The notes under the pieces are model-generated. The model did not search any database, had not been told where the DNA came from, and saw only the letters and a program-made list of their open reading frames with translations. Below are positions 24,820 through 37,570 of a stretch of DNA of 64,000 bases, piece by piece (position 1 is the stretch's first letter; every line of letters begins with the position of its first letter). A program made the translations under genes and the position numbers. This stretch comes from Vicugna vicugna (lineage: Eukaryota). The DNA lies in the NCBI GenBank assembly GCA_013265495.1, contig MU058065.1, forward strand, positions 6,882,302 through 6,946,301, given 5' to 3'.

Positions 24820-25275
24820 TGGACCGAATCGTGAGGAAATGACCAGACAAATCGAGATGCTGAGGGACAGACAGTCTGTCAAAGAGCCTGGACTCTTCAA
24901 AAAAGTCAGGGTCATAAAAGAGAAATCAAAAGGTAAAGCAGTGTGTCCACATGAAAGAGGAAAGAAATGCAGCAACTAAATGTAATGGAAGACCTTGATC
25001 GGATTCTGAGTCCAAAATAAAATCAAGTGCAAAGAGCCAGATCTAATGGGTGCATTGTGGCAAAAGGGGAGATTAGACTATGAACTGAAGATTAGGTAAC
25101 AGTATCATATCGATGTCGAATTTCCTGAGGGCGGTAGTTATACTGGGCTGAGGTAGGGGACAGAGACAGAGAACAACAAGCTTGGGACTGAAGTGGCGAA
25201 ATGTTAACAACTGGTGAATCGAGGCCTAGGGCTTATGTGTGTTCATCTTTTTCAGAGTTTTAAAACTTTTCATAA
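24820..25275 (+). mobile_element. Degenerate L1 3' fragment
   Basis: caactaaatgtaatgg...ccttgatcggattctg...aaatgttaacaactggtgaatc. Confidence 0.55.
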
Positions 25276-25329
25276 TGGAAAAAGAAGACAGGGGTGGGGA
25301 GACTGATTTTGACAGAGGGGCTGGGAGGT

Positions 25330-26000
25330 GGTATCTGGGAAGAGCTCCCTGAGGGGATGAGGTTTGAATGAGGCCTTCGAAGATGCCTAGAAGCTTGACA
25401 AGCTGAGAGGGAGGAAGGGCATTCCAGGAAGAGGGAACAGCAGGGCGGAGGCTCAGAGGTGGACGCAGGGCAGGGAGTTGGGGAGCTGGGTGTAGGGGCT
25501 GAGATGGCCTGATGGGCGGGGTATGGACCAAGGCTGCTTCCCTGCTGACTTGAGGGAATGCAGGTTTTACCTTGGATGCATGGGAAGGCGTGGAAACATT
25601 TTGGGGTGAATGGGGGTGTCAGTGGCCCCACAGAGCTGTGCTCCTTAGAGGCTGTGTGGGGAGGAGGGGCGCAGTGTCGAGGGGCCCATGAGGCTGTTAC
25701 ACCAGTCCCAGGCAGAAGTGACAGGGCCTCCAATAGGGCAAAGGTAGTGGAATGAAAAAGCACTGGAGGCCAAGAGAGTGTTTGGGAAGCAAAATTTACA
25801 GTATGGCAACTGGTTGGATTGGAGGGTGGAGGGCCGGGAAGAGGTGAGAGTGACTCAGAGTTTTCCACCTAGGGCGACCAGGAACATGGTCTGGCCATTA
25901 GCTGGCTGGGGGATTTGCAGGGTGGGCGGGTGGTTAAGGAACTTCGGGGTGTACATGAAGCTGAGGTGGACCTGAGGGGGAGCTTGCATTTGAGGTGCTG
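25330..26000 (-). mobile_element. L2 LINE relic
   Basis: agggcattccaggaagagggaacagcagggcggaggctcagagg...gaggctgttacaccagtcccaggcagaagtgac. Confidence 0.65.
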
Positions 26001-28457
26001 GGGGACTCCCAGATGCCAGCCTGCAGCTTCACTGGGAGTCCCAGTCTTCTCCACAGACATGATGGCTGATGCCAACCAGGGCCTGGTGTCCCAACCCAAG
26101 GTGACAATACATGGAAGGGTGGATGGCCAGGAGGCAGGGTGAGGACCAAATGATCCTCCAAGTCTGTCTTGGACCTGCTTTTTGGTGACTCTCCCAAGAC
26201 TCACTGGCTTGCAGGCATCTGCCCTCTGGCCTCATCATCTGGGCTTCTAGTGTTGGGCCAGGGAGCCTAATGGCCAGGGCTGAGGAAATTTCTTGGGGAG
26301 GAGGCAGGAGTTCATGAGCTGGAGGACCCCTAGTGTTATTAGTCCCTTTTCATCACCACCACCACCCCACCACGCTCTGCCCCATGGGGCTGGGAGGAAC
26401 CAACAAACAGCCATTCCCACCCCAAGGCCAAGGACTCCTGCCAAGGCTGCCCAAACCAGATGTGCCACACCCCTCTGGCAGGAAGCTTGGCTGAACAGAG
26501 GGTGGGAGGAAGAGATCCCCTAGAGGCCCAGGAAAGCCCTTCGATGCTGGATGGGCTTGTTCCAGGGCTAGGGCTCTGGGCTTGGAGAGTGGGGAAGAAT
26601 GACTTCTGGCAGGGACCCCTCCCCTCTTCTGGGCTCTGGCTCTCAAGGGTGTTGGGAAGACCAGGCAGCTCCTGCCATGCTGGGCCTCCTCTGAGTTTCC
26701 CCCAGGTCCGTTAGGAGCTAATCCAGCAAGGGAGGGGCCGGGTGTGCTTTGTGAGGCTGTCTGCCACTTGTCAGGGAAAATGATGATCATTGTCATAACA
26801 AGCTGCTACCCTTGAGCTTGGGGCTTTATGGGCTCATCCACGTCCTCTGCCTGTACGTGCAGGGTGACCGTGGGCGAAGGCAGGGTAGGTACTAGACCCT
26901 CGTTTCTCTTCTTCCTTTGGGTTTTGACATGTGATTGTTGGGAAGTTCTCGTTCCCCCGAGTCTAACTGTGCATCCTGGTGGTTCTTGCCCGCGGGGTTT
27001 TGTTTTGCCTTCAGTAACTTCACAGCTCGTGTCTGGCCCCTTCTTACAATGACAGATCCTGCAGGTATTTGATAAGAGACTTACTCACCCTAGACTTTCT
27101 CCTTCCTCATCCTGGGGAACCTTCACACCTGTGCATCTGACTCTTTCAACAAGATTACCAGACATCCCAGTTTATACCCGGGGAAGCCAGTGCTGGCAGA
27201 GTCGAGGTCACGACCTGGGGTCACTTGCCCGGGCGTGGCTGAGCTGGTCTCCTCGCTCCTGCTGGGGTTGCCCAGCCTCTCATGGAGGGTGATGTCTTGC
27301 TAGACATCCTTACATCATCTGTTAGATGTAACCATGTCCCATCCGCAGATCCCACAGTCCCTTCATCTCAAACTGGCCCATTATTTCCCCTACACTGTGT
27401 ACACTCGGACTGTTTTGTCCACATTTCATCTGGGGACTATGAGGTCCAGAGAAAGCCACTGGTGTTTTCAAGGCCTGAAAAGCAGGTCTCTAGACTCCCC
27501 TCCCAGGGACCTCTTAGTCAGACAGGCAGGATGGGGTGGAGGTGAGGGGAAGGAGCGTGCCAGGTCATCCCCCAGGAGCAGCTTAGGAAGGCTGTGAGAG
27601 AGGCCAAGGAGTGTGTCTGAACCCTGTTCCTGCTCTTCAAGGCCAGGCGAGAGGAGATTTCATAAACTCATATTTTATGGGATTGGGTCGGCAGGGTAGG
27701 CAAGCCCAGGGCCCAGGGGAGAAGGCTGGGGGTTTGCTTGTCAGCCTAGAAGCCTCTGCCTGCTCCCCATCTGTTCACTGGGCAGTGGGACCCTCTTTGG
27801 GGAAATTCCACTACCCCAGCTATGCTTTAGGGAGGAGACCTCTTTCCCTGGGCTTTGGGGGAAGGGCTGGATTGGGGATGTAGGCAGAGAAGTCTGGGGG
27901 ATAAGCTGGAAAAGGGAGCTTTGTCAACTTAGTGGGGTGGGAGAGGTAAGCTTGGAAGGGGCAGAGTAGGACTGAGATGACTGTGCTCTAGGTCTTCCTG
28001 CCTTCCTCCCCAGACAGGCCTTACACTGAATGCCAAGGCCCCTCCCTGTGCCTCCTCCCATCCCTGGGCTGTGCTGTTGACGTAGGGCTGGATCCCCTCC
28101 CCGCAATGTCTGTGACCGAGATATCTGGAAGGCTGCCAGCCAGGGGCTGAGATGGGAAAACAGGGGAGGTGTGACCTCAGAATGGAGGGGATTCACTTGC
28201 CTCTCCTTGTGGGATGGGGACACTGAGTGAAGTCCAGAGCTGGGCAGTGCCCTGCCTTCTACCGTGCAACCTGACACCTCTCCTAGAGCGTCTTCGGAAT
28301 ATCAGAACCCTGGCCCGGCTGCCTGGCCCAGCCACCGGGGGGCACTGCTGGGCTCCTGCACCCACTCCTGGCTCCACCACCCTCTGCTGTCTCTGACTCT
28401 GCCCTGGGCTTTATCTGTTCTTTCCTGCCTCTCCGCAGTCTCTGTCTGCCTGTCTCT

Positions 28458-29260
28458 GAATTTTGAGACGATCTAAAACTTCAGAAAAGTTGCAAATACG
28501 GTACAAAGAACTTTTCCCCCTGAGCTGTTTGAGAGTAAGTTGCTGGTATGATGCCCTACTACCCCTAAATACGTTCCTGTTTTCCTACAAGGACTTTTCC
28601 TACCTAACCTGACACAGCCATCGAAGTCAGGATAGTGACATTGCTGCGTGACTGCCTTCTCATCCTCCGACCCCACTGAAGTCTGGCCAGTTGTCCCAGT
28701 GATGTCCTTCAGGGGCATGGAAAGAATCCAGTTCAGAAGCGGCTGTAACATTTGGTTGTCACATTGATTTAGTCTCGTTCTGTCTGGAAACCTCCTCGGT
28801 CTTTCCTTGACTTTTGTGACCTTGTCACTTTTGAAGATTAGAAGCCATTTAATTGGTAGACTGCCCCTCCATTTGGGTTGATCTGATGTTTCCTCCTGAT
28901 TAGGTTCAGCTTGTGCCTGTTTGGCAGGAGCATCACGAAAGTGATGTCCTGTTCTCAGACTGTCTCCTCCGTGGCACACGGTCTCCACTCATCCCATTAC
29001 TGGTGATGTTAACTTTGATCGCTTGATTTAAGTGGAGTCTGCCAGGGAAAATTACTTTTTTCCCCTTTGTAATTTATAAGTATGATGTGGGAAAGTGCTT
29101 TGAGACTCGCAAATGCTCTGTTCCTCATCAAACTTTTGATGTATTCACTTATTTCACGTATCAGTGTGGACTCATTTAAGCCATTACTATCATTATGTGT
29201 TTGATGCTCAGATCTTCCCAGTCTGAGGGGCCCCTTCAAGCTGGCTTCTGTGTCCTTTTG
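28458..29260 (-). mobile_element. Old L1 (L1MC-like) 3' UTR fragment
   Basis: aaacttcagaaaagttgcaaatacggtacaaagaac...ttactggtgatgttaactttgatc...cccttcaagctggcttctgtgtccttttg. Confidence 0.75.
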
Positions 29261-29600
29261 TCTGTCTCTCCCCTTTTGATTCTCTGGTTCCCTTTATAGT
29301 CTCCATGTGTTTCTATCTAGTCTCTCTCATTCTCGGTGCGTGCTTGTTCGTCTCTGTCTTTGTCTCTGCCTTTATCTTGGTCCTGTTTTTTTCCCCTCTC
29401 TGTCTGAGTCTTGCTTTTGTCTGTCTTTCTCTCTCTCCTCTCTCTCTCTCCTCTCTCTCTCCCTCTATCTCTCTCTGTATCTTTGTCTTTTTCTCTGTCT
29501 CTGACACTGTCTTTGTCTCTCTTTTCCCCCCTACCTCTCTCTCTCTTGCTGGCTTTCCGTCTCTCTCATTTTGACCATTTTCCTCTCTGTGTCTTCCGTG
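29260..29600 (+). repeat. CT-rich low-complexity tract
   Basis: Runs of ctctct and tgtctc, almost entirely pyrimidine on the + strand. Confidence 0.85.
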
Positions 29601-30239
29601 GCTCAGTCTTGTTTGCCCAGGACTCACCACTGCAGGGTCTTCAGCTGGGGGTCCTGGACGCGCTGGGTTTGTGGGACACTGTCAGCCACCCTCGTCTGAA
29701 CACACAGAGCTGGAAGGCTCCGGAGCAGGGTGCAAGGAGGGGGACTGGAGGCGAAGAACCCTCTCCCTGGAACTGCGGGGTCTGTGATGGTGTCTGTGTC
29801 CATGTGTGTGCAGAGGGCGTCAGAAAACTGTGCCTGAGAGGGCGGGGAGAGGACGCGTCATGTCTGTGCTCTGCTGGCCCCTGCTGCTGGAGCTGGGAAG
29901 TGAGTCACGTTAGACACCAGGGTGAGGTCCTTGGAGAGGACAGTGCGTGCGTGCAGGGCATGACTTCCTGGGGAGTCCTCTGAAAGGGGAGCTTTCCCAG
30001 TCTGTGCCTGGGCTGGGGGCCGCGGGTGGGAGGATGTTGGTCCTAAGCAGTGTAGGCACAGGACTTTGCGCTTAGCGTGCATTTCCCTATCTGGTCATAA
30101 GGGGTGTGGGGTCCAACCTCATGCTGTCTGGAGGGGGAGACTGAGGCTGGTGGTAGCAGTGGGCTGGCTGCTGGCCCAGGGCTCACGGCAAGTCAGACCC
30201 AGAGAAGGCTTGACTGCCAGCCCGCCTCTCATTTCATGT

Positions 30240-30770
30240 GTGTGGTGGTGTAGTCTCAAAAAAGATATTTAACCTATCAATGTTTTTATAATGCAAAGCA
30301 CAGTATATAAAAATAAAGGTGGAAGATGCCTCTGGGCTGGGGCAGGGGGCGGTAGTGAGGGTGAGGAAGAGAACTGAGGGGCCCAGCACTCTGGGGACGT
30401 TGGTACAAGATTCAGGGCCACCCACAGGGGAATGGATGAGTGAGCTGCGGGCACGGAATGGAAGACCACACAGCGATGGGAAGGAAGGAGCCACTTCTCT
30501 ATGTGACCACGTGCATGAATCCCACAGATCCTTGCTGAGCAGGAGAAGCAGGCACATACTGTGTAATTCCACTCACATAAAGTTTAAAACCTGGCAGAAT
30601 GGACCTTCGGTGATGGAAGTCACAATAGTATTTACCTTGGGGTGACAGGGACTGGGATGGCCACGGGGGAGCCTCCTGGGGTAAGGTTCCATGAGGCGCA
30701 TGTGTGTCAAATTGTATTGAGCAATAAGTTTAAAATTAGTGCACTTTGCTAATAAAGTAGAATTTAAAAA
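30240..30770 (+). mobile_element. Degenerate L1 3' fragment
   Basis: gcatgaatcccacag...tgctgagcaggagaagcaggcacatactgtgtaattccactcacataaagtttaaaacctggca. Confidence 0.5.
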
Positions 30771-31043
30771 CATGATTAAGAAACCACAGAGGGGCCTGTG
30801 GTCCCTGGGTGTGGGGTTTCCAGTTGTCTGTTCCCACTTTAGTCTGGGAGTCTGAGTCACACCCACAGCCTTCTCTGTCCCTGGGCACCTCCTCCCAGAA
30901 GTGGGCTCAGGCCTCTCACAGCTGAAGGGGCTCTCGCCTCTCCTTTTTCCCAGGGTCTGCCTGCTTCTCCCCGGTCCCCCGGCTCTTTCCCCAGGAGCCC
31001 CGCCTTCTGCCCAGACCTGACCACTGTGCCTCTCCTCCCACAG

Positions 31044-31158
31044 CCCGAGGATCTGGAGGCCCCCAAGAGTCACCACTTCAAGGTGAAGACCTTCAAGAAG
31101 GTGAAGCCCTGTGGGATTTGCCGACAGGTCATCACCCGGGAGGGTTGCACCTGCAAAG
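31044..31158 (+). CDS. TNS1: Tensin 1 shared exon, first part of C1 domain ([38 protein letters not shown] + 1 nt), 115 nt, phase 0 to 1
   Basis: Pyrimidine tract ending tctcctcccacag| at 31043 and donor AAG|gtgagc at 31158/31159. Encodes the H-x12-C-x2-C-x10-C part of the C1 zinc-finger pattern. Not in the ORF track in this frame. Confidence 0.96.
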
Positions 31159-32660
31159 GTGAGCAGCTGGCTGGGCCATGGGGGTGAGGAGCATGTCTTC
31201 ATGGGAAGGAAATGGCCTGGGGCCCAGGTCAGGCTGGAACTTGGCTTTATGGATGTCCTTGGGGTCCCGACTTGGTGCCTGGTTCTCCTCTGGGAGGGGA
31301 TGCTGAGCACATGGATGGCAAGTGTGTGGGTATGTTTGGACGGCACATGGCAGCTGTGGATGGCAGGAAGGGGTATGTGGATGGCAAACAGATGGCATGC
31401 AAATGACCTGGAGGAGGCATATGGATAGTATGTATTGGCAGGTGGCTGGTGTGTGGTTGGTGTGTGGAGGTCATGTGGAAGGTTTGTGGGTGGTGTGTGC
31501 CTGGCACTGGGAGTACTGCAAAGACACCAAGCCACAGTCCTCCCCCTGTGGCAGCTTAGGGGTGAGTTTAAGAGGACCCGTGTTTACCCTTGGAGAAGGG
31601 CCTGCTGGCTGCCAGGCTTTTGCAATGACTGTTCTCATGTGTTCATGGAACGGCCTGGGGTTTGCTGTCACTGCTGCCAGGGGAGTCAGTGTCTTGTCCC
31701 AGATTACACAGTGAAGTCAGCAGAAGGCCCCTGCACCCGATCTTGGTGACTGACACCATCACCCACCCCGATGTCCCACCAGAGCCTCCCTGCCTCCCAT
31801 CCATCCCCAGCCCCCTCCTCCATGAAGCTTGAGTTGCTGGGCTTCTCTGCAGCCAATTCAGGCAGCTGGCATCTCTCACCTTTTGCAGCCCCTCTGCCTC
31901 TCGCATCCTGACCCCCCTCTCCAGCCCACTTCTGCACCAGCTTCCATGTGGATCTAGTCCTGTTAGTTCCCTGGGTAAAGCCTTGGCAGCCCCGACACCC
32001 TCAAGACCAAGCACAGACCCTTTCCTGCGGCTGCATGGCCTGGCAGTCCACCCATTGCGAGCTCTCTGATCCATGTCCTCCAGCCCCCAAGGCCATAGTG
32101 AAACCAGCTACACCTTGCACACTTCTCGAATATGCCAAATATATAAAATATGCCAAAGGGCCAGGACCTTTCTTGCAGGAAGCCTTTACTCATGGATGTC
32201 TCTCTGCTAGAACTCTCCCCTCTTCCTTCCCTTCATGCCCAAATCCTGGTGGGGCTGGGAAGCTGGGCATCACAGCCTAGTGAACAATGAATAAAACATT
32301 TCGTATTAAAGCACTCCCGCACATGATCTCGTGAGATGCTCATGGCATCCAGGAGGTGCTGGGGTCATCTCTGTTTTACAGATGAGGAAGCTGAGGCTCA
32401 GAGTAGTTAAATCTCTTGCCAAGGCACACAGCTGTCTTGGTCAGAGTAGTGTTTCCAGCTTGTGGCAAACTCTGGGGGTGGGAGGGCTTCCTAGACAGGG
32501 AGTTTCAGCTGGTGTTGGAGGTTGGAGTAGGTAGATAGAAGTGTGTGTGTGTGAATGTGAATGTGGGAGATGTTCCAGGCATAGCTAAGGGCAGAGATTT
32601 ATGGTCCTTAACTGCAGCGCTGGGTCACCCAGACTGAGTTTAGGGGGCAAACAGGAACTT

Positions 32661-32694
32661 TTGCAATACCAAAATTAGCCACAAGGTGGCACCC
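32661..32694 (+). promoter_or_regulatory. CTCF binding site: core plus upstream (ZF9-11) module
   Basis: TTGCAATACC, spacer aaaat, then TAGCCACAAGGTGGCACCC. The core resembles TGGCCACCAGGGGGCGCTA, and the TGCA(G/A)TACC module sits at the typical 5-6 bp spacing. Confidence 0.75.
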
Positions 32695-33475
32695 TCCCCC
32701 AAGACCTCTGGCTGGGATAGGTGGTGGTTTAGGGTGGGAGCTGGAAAGAAGCCAGGGAGACGTTGCTTAGGGTTCTGCATTTTGCTTGCATCACCACCTC
32801 CACGCCACCCTGTCCCCTGAACCCGCTCAGGTTAGCCCCTGGACCTCTCCCCAGTTCCTTCCTAATTCAGTGTGCTTTCCCTTCACCCCAGTGACCCTCA
32901 ATGCTGCTCTTATAGGGGCTGGGGTTAGAGGGAAGTTCGGACATACTCACTGGGTGACCTTGGGCAGGTTTCTGGCCACACACTCTGTGATAGTCTGTGG
33001 TCCTAGGTTCTGCAAATGACCTGGCTTCAAGGTCTCGGTTCAGGAGGGGATTTGACCCCATGTGAATGGAAGGCTCCCAGGGTGAGCAGGGATGACCCTG
33101 GTCTTACCTGGTTTGGAGCCCGTTCCTGCTAGTGTGAACCAGAGTGGAGGGCCCATGGCCAGTGGGCTGCCAGGCTGGTTTGGCAGCTCTGGGTGAGTTT
33201 GCAGGAAGAATGCCAGGGCTACTCTCTGGAGGCACCACCAGGTGTCAGGACTGGGCCACGGAAGGACTAGGGGCCCCCCGGCCCTACAAGGGAGGACAGA
33301 AGACTCCCGGTTCTTCTACAGGCCATATGCGCACCCCCAGCAAGAGGGTTGGGGGCAACAGGTCTGTCAGCAGGGTTGGGGCCACTGCGCTTGCTGGTGG
33401 GAGATACAGGAGTGGACCAACCCTCTGTGCTTTGGAAACAGAAGGTTGTGATGACATGAGATAAACAGACCCCTT

Positions 33476-33529
33476 ATCCATCCATCCATCCATCCATCCA
33501 TCCATCCATTCTTCCCTCCCTCCATCCAT
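33476..33529 (+). repeat. (TCCA)n tetranucleotide microsatellite
   Basis: Eight consecutive TCCA units at 33477-33508 plus a degenerate extension. Confidence 0.95.
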
Positions 33530-35439
33530 GCAGGGCCACCAGGTGTGTTGAACAGGCTGTTCCCTGGCTGAGAGGACAATTGTGGACTAAAATCCAGGCC
33601 ATATTTTATTCACCAAGCCCAACCCAAAGGGTGTGCTATGCTCCCTGGTTCCTCTTCTGGTCTTTAAGTCTCGGACTACAGCCTGGATTAATGGCTGGGG
33701 GTTCTAGGTCGAATGTCAAGGCCCTGAATTCGGTCTCCATGGGGCTTGCAATGTTGAGGGAACTTCTGCTGCAGGCAGGCAGTGAGGACACCTTCCCAGA
33801 TCTAGAGAGAATGGGGTATTTGTCCATCTCTCACCTGCTCTATAGAGCTGCCCTGCTCTATAGGTCCCCACCCTCCTGCATTTCACCGTTTAATGGAATA
33901 TGGCCAAAGGAGGTGGAGTGGAAGATGGGGTGGAGAAGGAATTCAAGGAACTTGGGGTCTAGTCCTGGTTCTGGAGACTCAAAGGCGACTGAGGCAAAGA
34001 ACCAAGGTGGGTGGACATGCGGGTGTAAGCGTGACAGACATATAGGAAAAGAGGTCGCCATGAGACCTCAGCTGGTCTTCTCCGGCACTGAGCTTGCTTC
34101 CTCCTGCGTACCACGGGCTTAGTAATCAACCTTGTCCTCATCTCTGAGGTGGTGATTGTGAGGAGCACGGAGGTTCTGTGTGTGGCTGTAAAATGGGCAG
34201 GAGTGTCAGGACCAAGACTCCCTGTGGGGAGACAATGGGAGAAGAAGCTCAAGGCCTTTGTCAGTGGCCCAGCCTCTATTTCCAGCCCTGTTGCTCACAG
34301 GCTGTGTGACCTCAGATAAATCACTTCACTGCTTAGGCCTCAGTTTCCTCATCTATAGATAAAGGGATAGACCAAGAATGTCCCCTGAGGCCCAGACCAT
34401 GGAAGAGCCCGGAGAATTCCCTTGTTGGCATCTGTAGAGTCTGGTAACTCTCCCAGTGTAGGCTGCCACTCCATGCTTGTGTGCACGTGTGCACCCATTT
34501 GACAGTCATGAACCGAGCCCCTCTGGGCTGGATGCTGGGCCAGATACTGGTGTGAAGATTCAACCCCTGACCTGGGAAGGCAGACATGCTATTAAACAGT
34601 TACAGGGCCTGGTGGCAAAGCTGGCACAGAGCTGTGTGTGAAAGGCTGTCTCTGACTCAGCAGAGACTTTCCTGTCAGGCTTCAGCAGGGATGGCATATG
34701 TAGGCTGGGTCTTGAGGGATGTGTAAGTGTTCCTCAGTTGAAACATGGGTTTCTCACAGGTCTCTGGGGGCCGTGCTCCAGGGAGTCTAGGGCCTTGCCC
34801 GAGGGCCTTACCCTCTTGCCGGGCTGAAACCCAAGGGAAGAGACCAGAATGCCAGCTCAAGAGCCCAAGGGCTGCCGTCTGGATCTGAATGGGGGCCCAG
34901 ATTTAGAGTGTTTCCCTTTTCAATGCTCCTGGTCACCTTGGAAGGTAGAGGCCATCACCTGCAGTTTCCCCAGAGTGGGATGCACCTGGGGAAGAGGATT
35001 CAGCCCTTCATGGGACAAGCCTACCAGAAGCCCTCACTGGCTGGATTTGGGGAAACCTTGTTTCAGGGAGTCTTCTCCTCTTCACTGAGGATGCCAGCTT
35101 CTACTGCATCTGAGGACCTCCTTGGAGTCATTGCAAAGAGCCTGCTAGTATGGGAGGACCCTGGGTTCTAGTCCTGGCTGGCCTCTGCATGGCTGTGTGA
35201 CGTTAGGCGAGACACTTAACCTCTCTGGGCCTGGCTTTCCTGGTTCTCTAAATGAGGGGTTGGAATAGGGCACAGTTCTAACTGTTGCAGGGAAACTGTA
35301 AGTTCCTTTGAAGGTGTTTTAGGGATCTGAGAGGGTAGAGAAGAGGGGAAATCTGAGAGCAGGCTTAAGGATCTAGGGCTAGGGAAACCCTGCCCACTTC
35401 AATCAGGGCAGCTCTGGTTTTGGGAGTTAAATATATTAG

Positions 35440-35680
35440 GAGGCAGGATGATGTGGCAGTTTTGCAGTTGGCTCAGACATCCTAGATTCAAATCCCAGCT
35501 CTTACTAGTGAGGACTTAGGCAGATTGCTTCCCCTCTCTGAGCCTCAGTCACCTCACCTTTAAAATGGGTCACATAGCAAACCTCCCTCCTCAGGTTGCT
35601 TGGGGATTACCTGAGATAATACCCATGAAGTGCTCAGGACAGATCCTGGCACACAACAAGCATTCAATAATTGCCAATCA
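35440..35680 (+). mobile_element. MIR SINE
   Basis: ttcaaatcccagctc...ctctctgagcctcagtcacctcacctttaaaatggg...cctggcacacaacaagcattcaataa. Confidence 0.72.
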
Positions 35681-35840
35681 ATATCACTGAGATTCCACCT
35701 AAGAGGAGGCAGTTGCAGGAGTTTAGCTGCAAAAACAAAAGTTTGAAAACCACTAGATAGGATGATCTAGAAGGTTTCCTCCTGCTTCAACATCGGAGCC
35801 ACATTGTACCCACTGCCCCTGACCACCCCCAGAGATACCT

Positions 35841-36262
35841 TGCATTAGGGTTCTCCAGAGAAACAAAACCAGCAAGAGGGGTAGTTAGATAGGTAGGTAG
35901 GTAGGTAGACAAATATTTAAGGAACTGGCTCATTTGAGTGTGGAAGCTTGGCAAGTCCAAAATCTACAGGGCAGACTGTCAGATTGGAGACCCAGGGAAG
36001 AATTGCAGTTCAAATCCAAAAGCAGTCTGCTGGCAGAATTCCTTCTTGCTTGGGGAAATCAGTCTTTATTCTTCAGGCCTTCAACTGATTGGACAAGGCC
36101 CACCCACATTATGGCAGGTAATGTATTTTACTCAGAATCTACTGATTTAAATTTTTACCTCATCCAAAAAAATCCCATTCACAGAAACATCTAGAATGAT
36201 ATTAAACAAATATCTGGGTACTGTGGACTAGCCAAGTTGACACCTAATATAAACCCATCACA
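35841..36262 (-). mobile_element. MLT2 (ERVL) solo LTR
   Basis: ttagggttctccagagaaacaaaacc...aaggaactggctc...gccaagttgacacctaatataaacccatcaca. Perfect 5-bp TSD tacct at 35836-35840 and 36263-36267. Confidence 0.88.
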
Positions 36263-37429
36263 TACCTCCAAGCCAGGCAGTGGAGATTAGCAAGGCAGGG
36301 AAGACCTGAGAGGCCCGGTGGGCAGGTGGGCAGCTGGAAAGTTGTCTCTGCCAGTTGGGGAAGGAGTGGAGGCTGGCCAGGCACACAGGCAGTTATCGCC
36401 GGGGTCAGGTGCACACTGAGGCTATGTGCTCATTTTCCGACCCGAGGCCAGGAGGAAAAGGCCATTTAGATCCCAACAATGTTGGCTTCCTGTGTTCCCG
36501 AGAGGCAGGAAGCCACCCCAGGACAGAGTACCGGCAGCCCAGCGAGGCGGGAGTTGGCCAAGGGCTGGGGTTGGGGGTACGGTGCTCCACCCCTGCAGGT
36601 AATCCATGAGCTCCTCCCCAATATGGGGTTTTGGCTCCGTCTCAGGCCACCGGCTGGGCCCTGCTGCATGGAGGCAGTGTTAACACCTAGGGGCAGAGGT
36701 GGAGCCTCTGGGGCTCCATGGAGCTTTGGTTTGACAGGGTCCTTCCCCAGAGGGCATCATCTTGCAGGGTCACTGGCCTTCTGTGGGGGGAAAGCCACCA
36801 TCTGCTCAGATGGGGTTGATCCTGAGATGTATGTCCAGAGAGGGCTTAGGCAGCAAAGGGTGCCAGGAAGGGGAAGCCGGGCCTTTCCTGCCCTTGTCAC
36901 CCTGAAATGAGGAATGGTACCCTGTGGAGTGGGTATCCTTGTCAGCTGGATGTTTCCTCAACAACCTGAGATGTCTTCAGGGTTGGAACCTGGGTTCCCC
37001 ACTTTGTTGCTTGGAAGGAGGAAGTAGTGGGTGGTGACTGTGAGAGCTTGTGCACAGGCTTTCACAGCTGGAATAGGGCTTGGAGACCATCTGTATCAGG
37101 GGTTGGAAATGCAAGTGCCTTCAAGGGGAAAGCAGGCAAATGAGTGTGGACAGTAGACCATGGTGAGGGTCCAAGGGATCTGGAAAGAGCTGATCTGTTG
37201 AAAGGCATTCCAGCTAATTAAAGACATCTTTGAGTTTTAAATATTGGGCCAGCTAATGAAGGCAAGGGTGCAGGCCCAATCTACCTTGGAGACTGCCAGT
37301 TGACCGTCTTATTCTCCAAGCAGGAGTTAAGACTCAGAGAGGGGGGAATGACTTGCATCAGGTCACACAGCTACGCTAGCAGTTAGGACTAGAACCCAGG
37401 TCTTTTTCGAAGTGCGCTCTGGGCTGGCC

Positions 37430-37570
37430 ACATATATTAATTTGTTTAATTCTCGCAACAACCCTGTGAGGTAGGTGCTATTATTATCCCTATTTTGTAC
37501 ACGAGGAGATGAAGGCTCAGAGTAGTTAAGTAACATGCCCCAGATCACAGAGCTGGTGCATGACCTGCAT
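37430..37570 (-). mobile_element. MIR SINE
   Basis: tttaattctcgcaacaaccctgtgaggtaggtgctattattatccctatttt...gaaggctcagagtagttaagtaacatgcccc. Confidence 0.78.

Noticed and set aside
30573..31535. Longest ORF in the track (320 aa, minus strand)
   Set aside because: It is antisense to the real exon and spans a GT/GGATGG-rich tract and an L1 relic. The product is low-complexity (His/Pro/Thr) with no recognisable domain.
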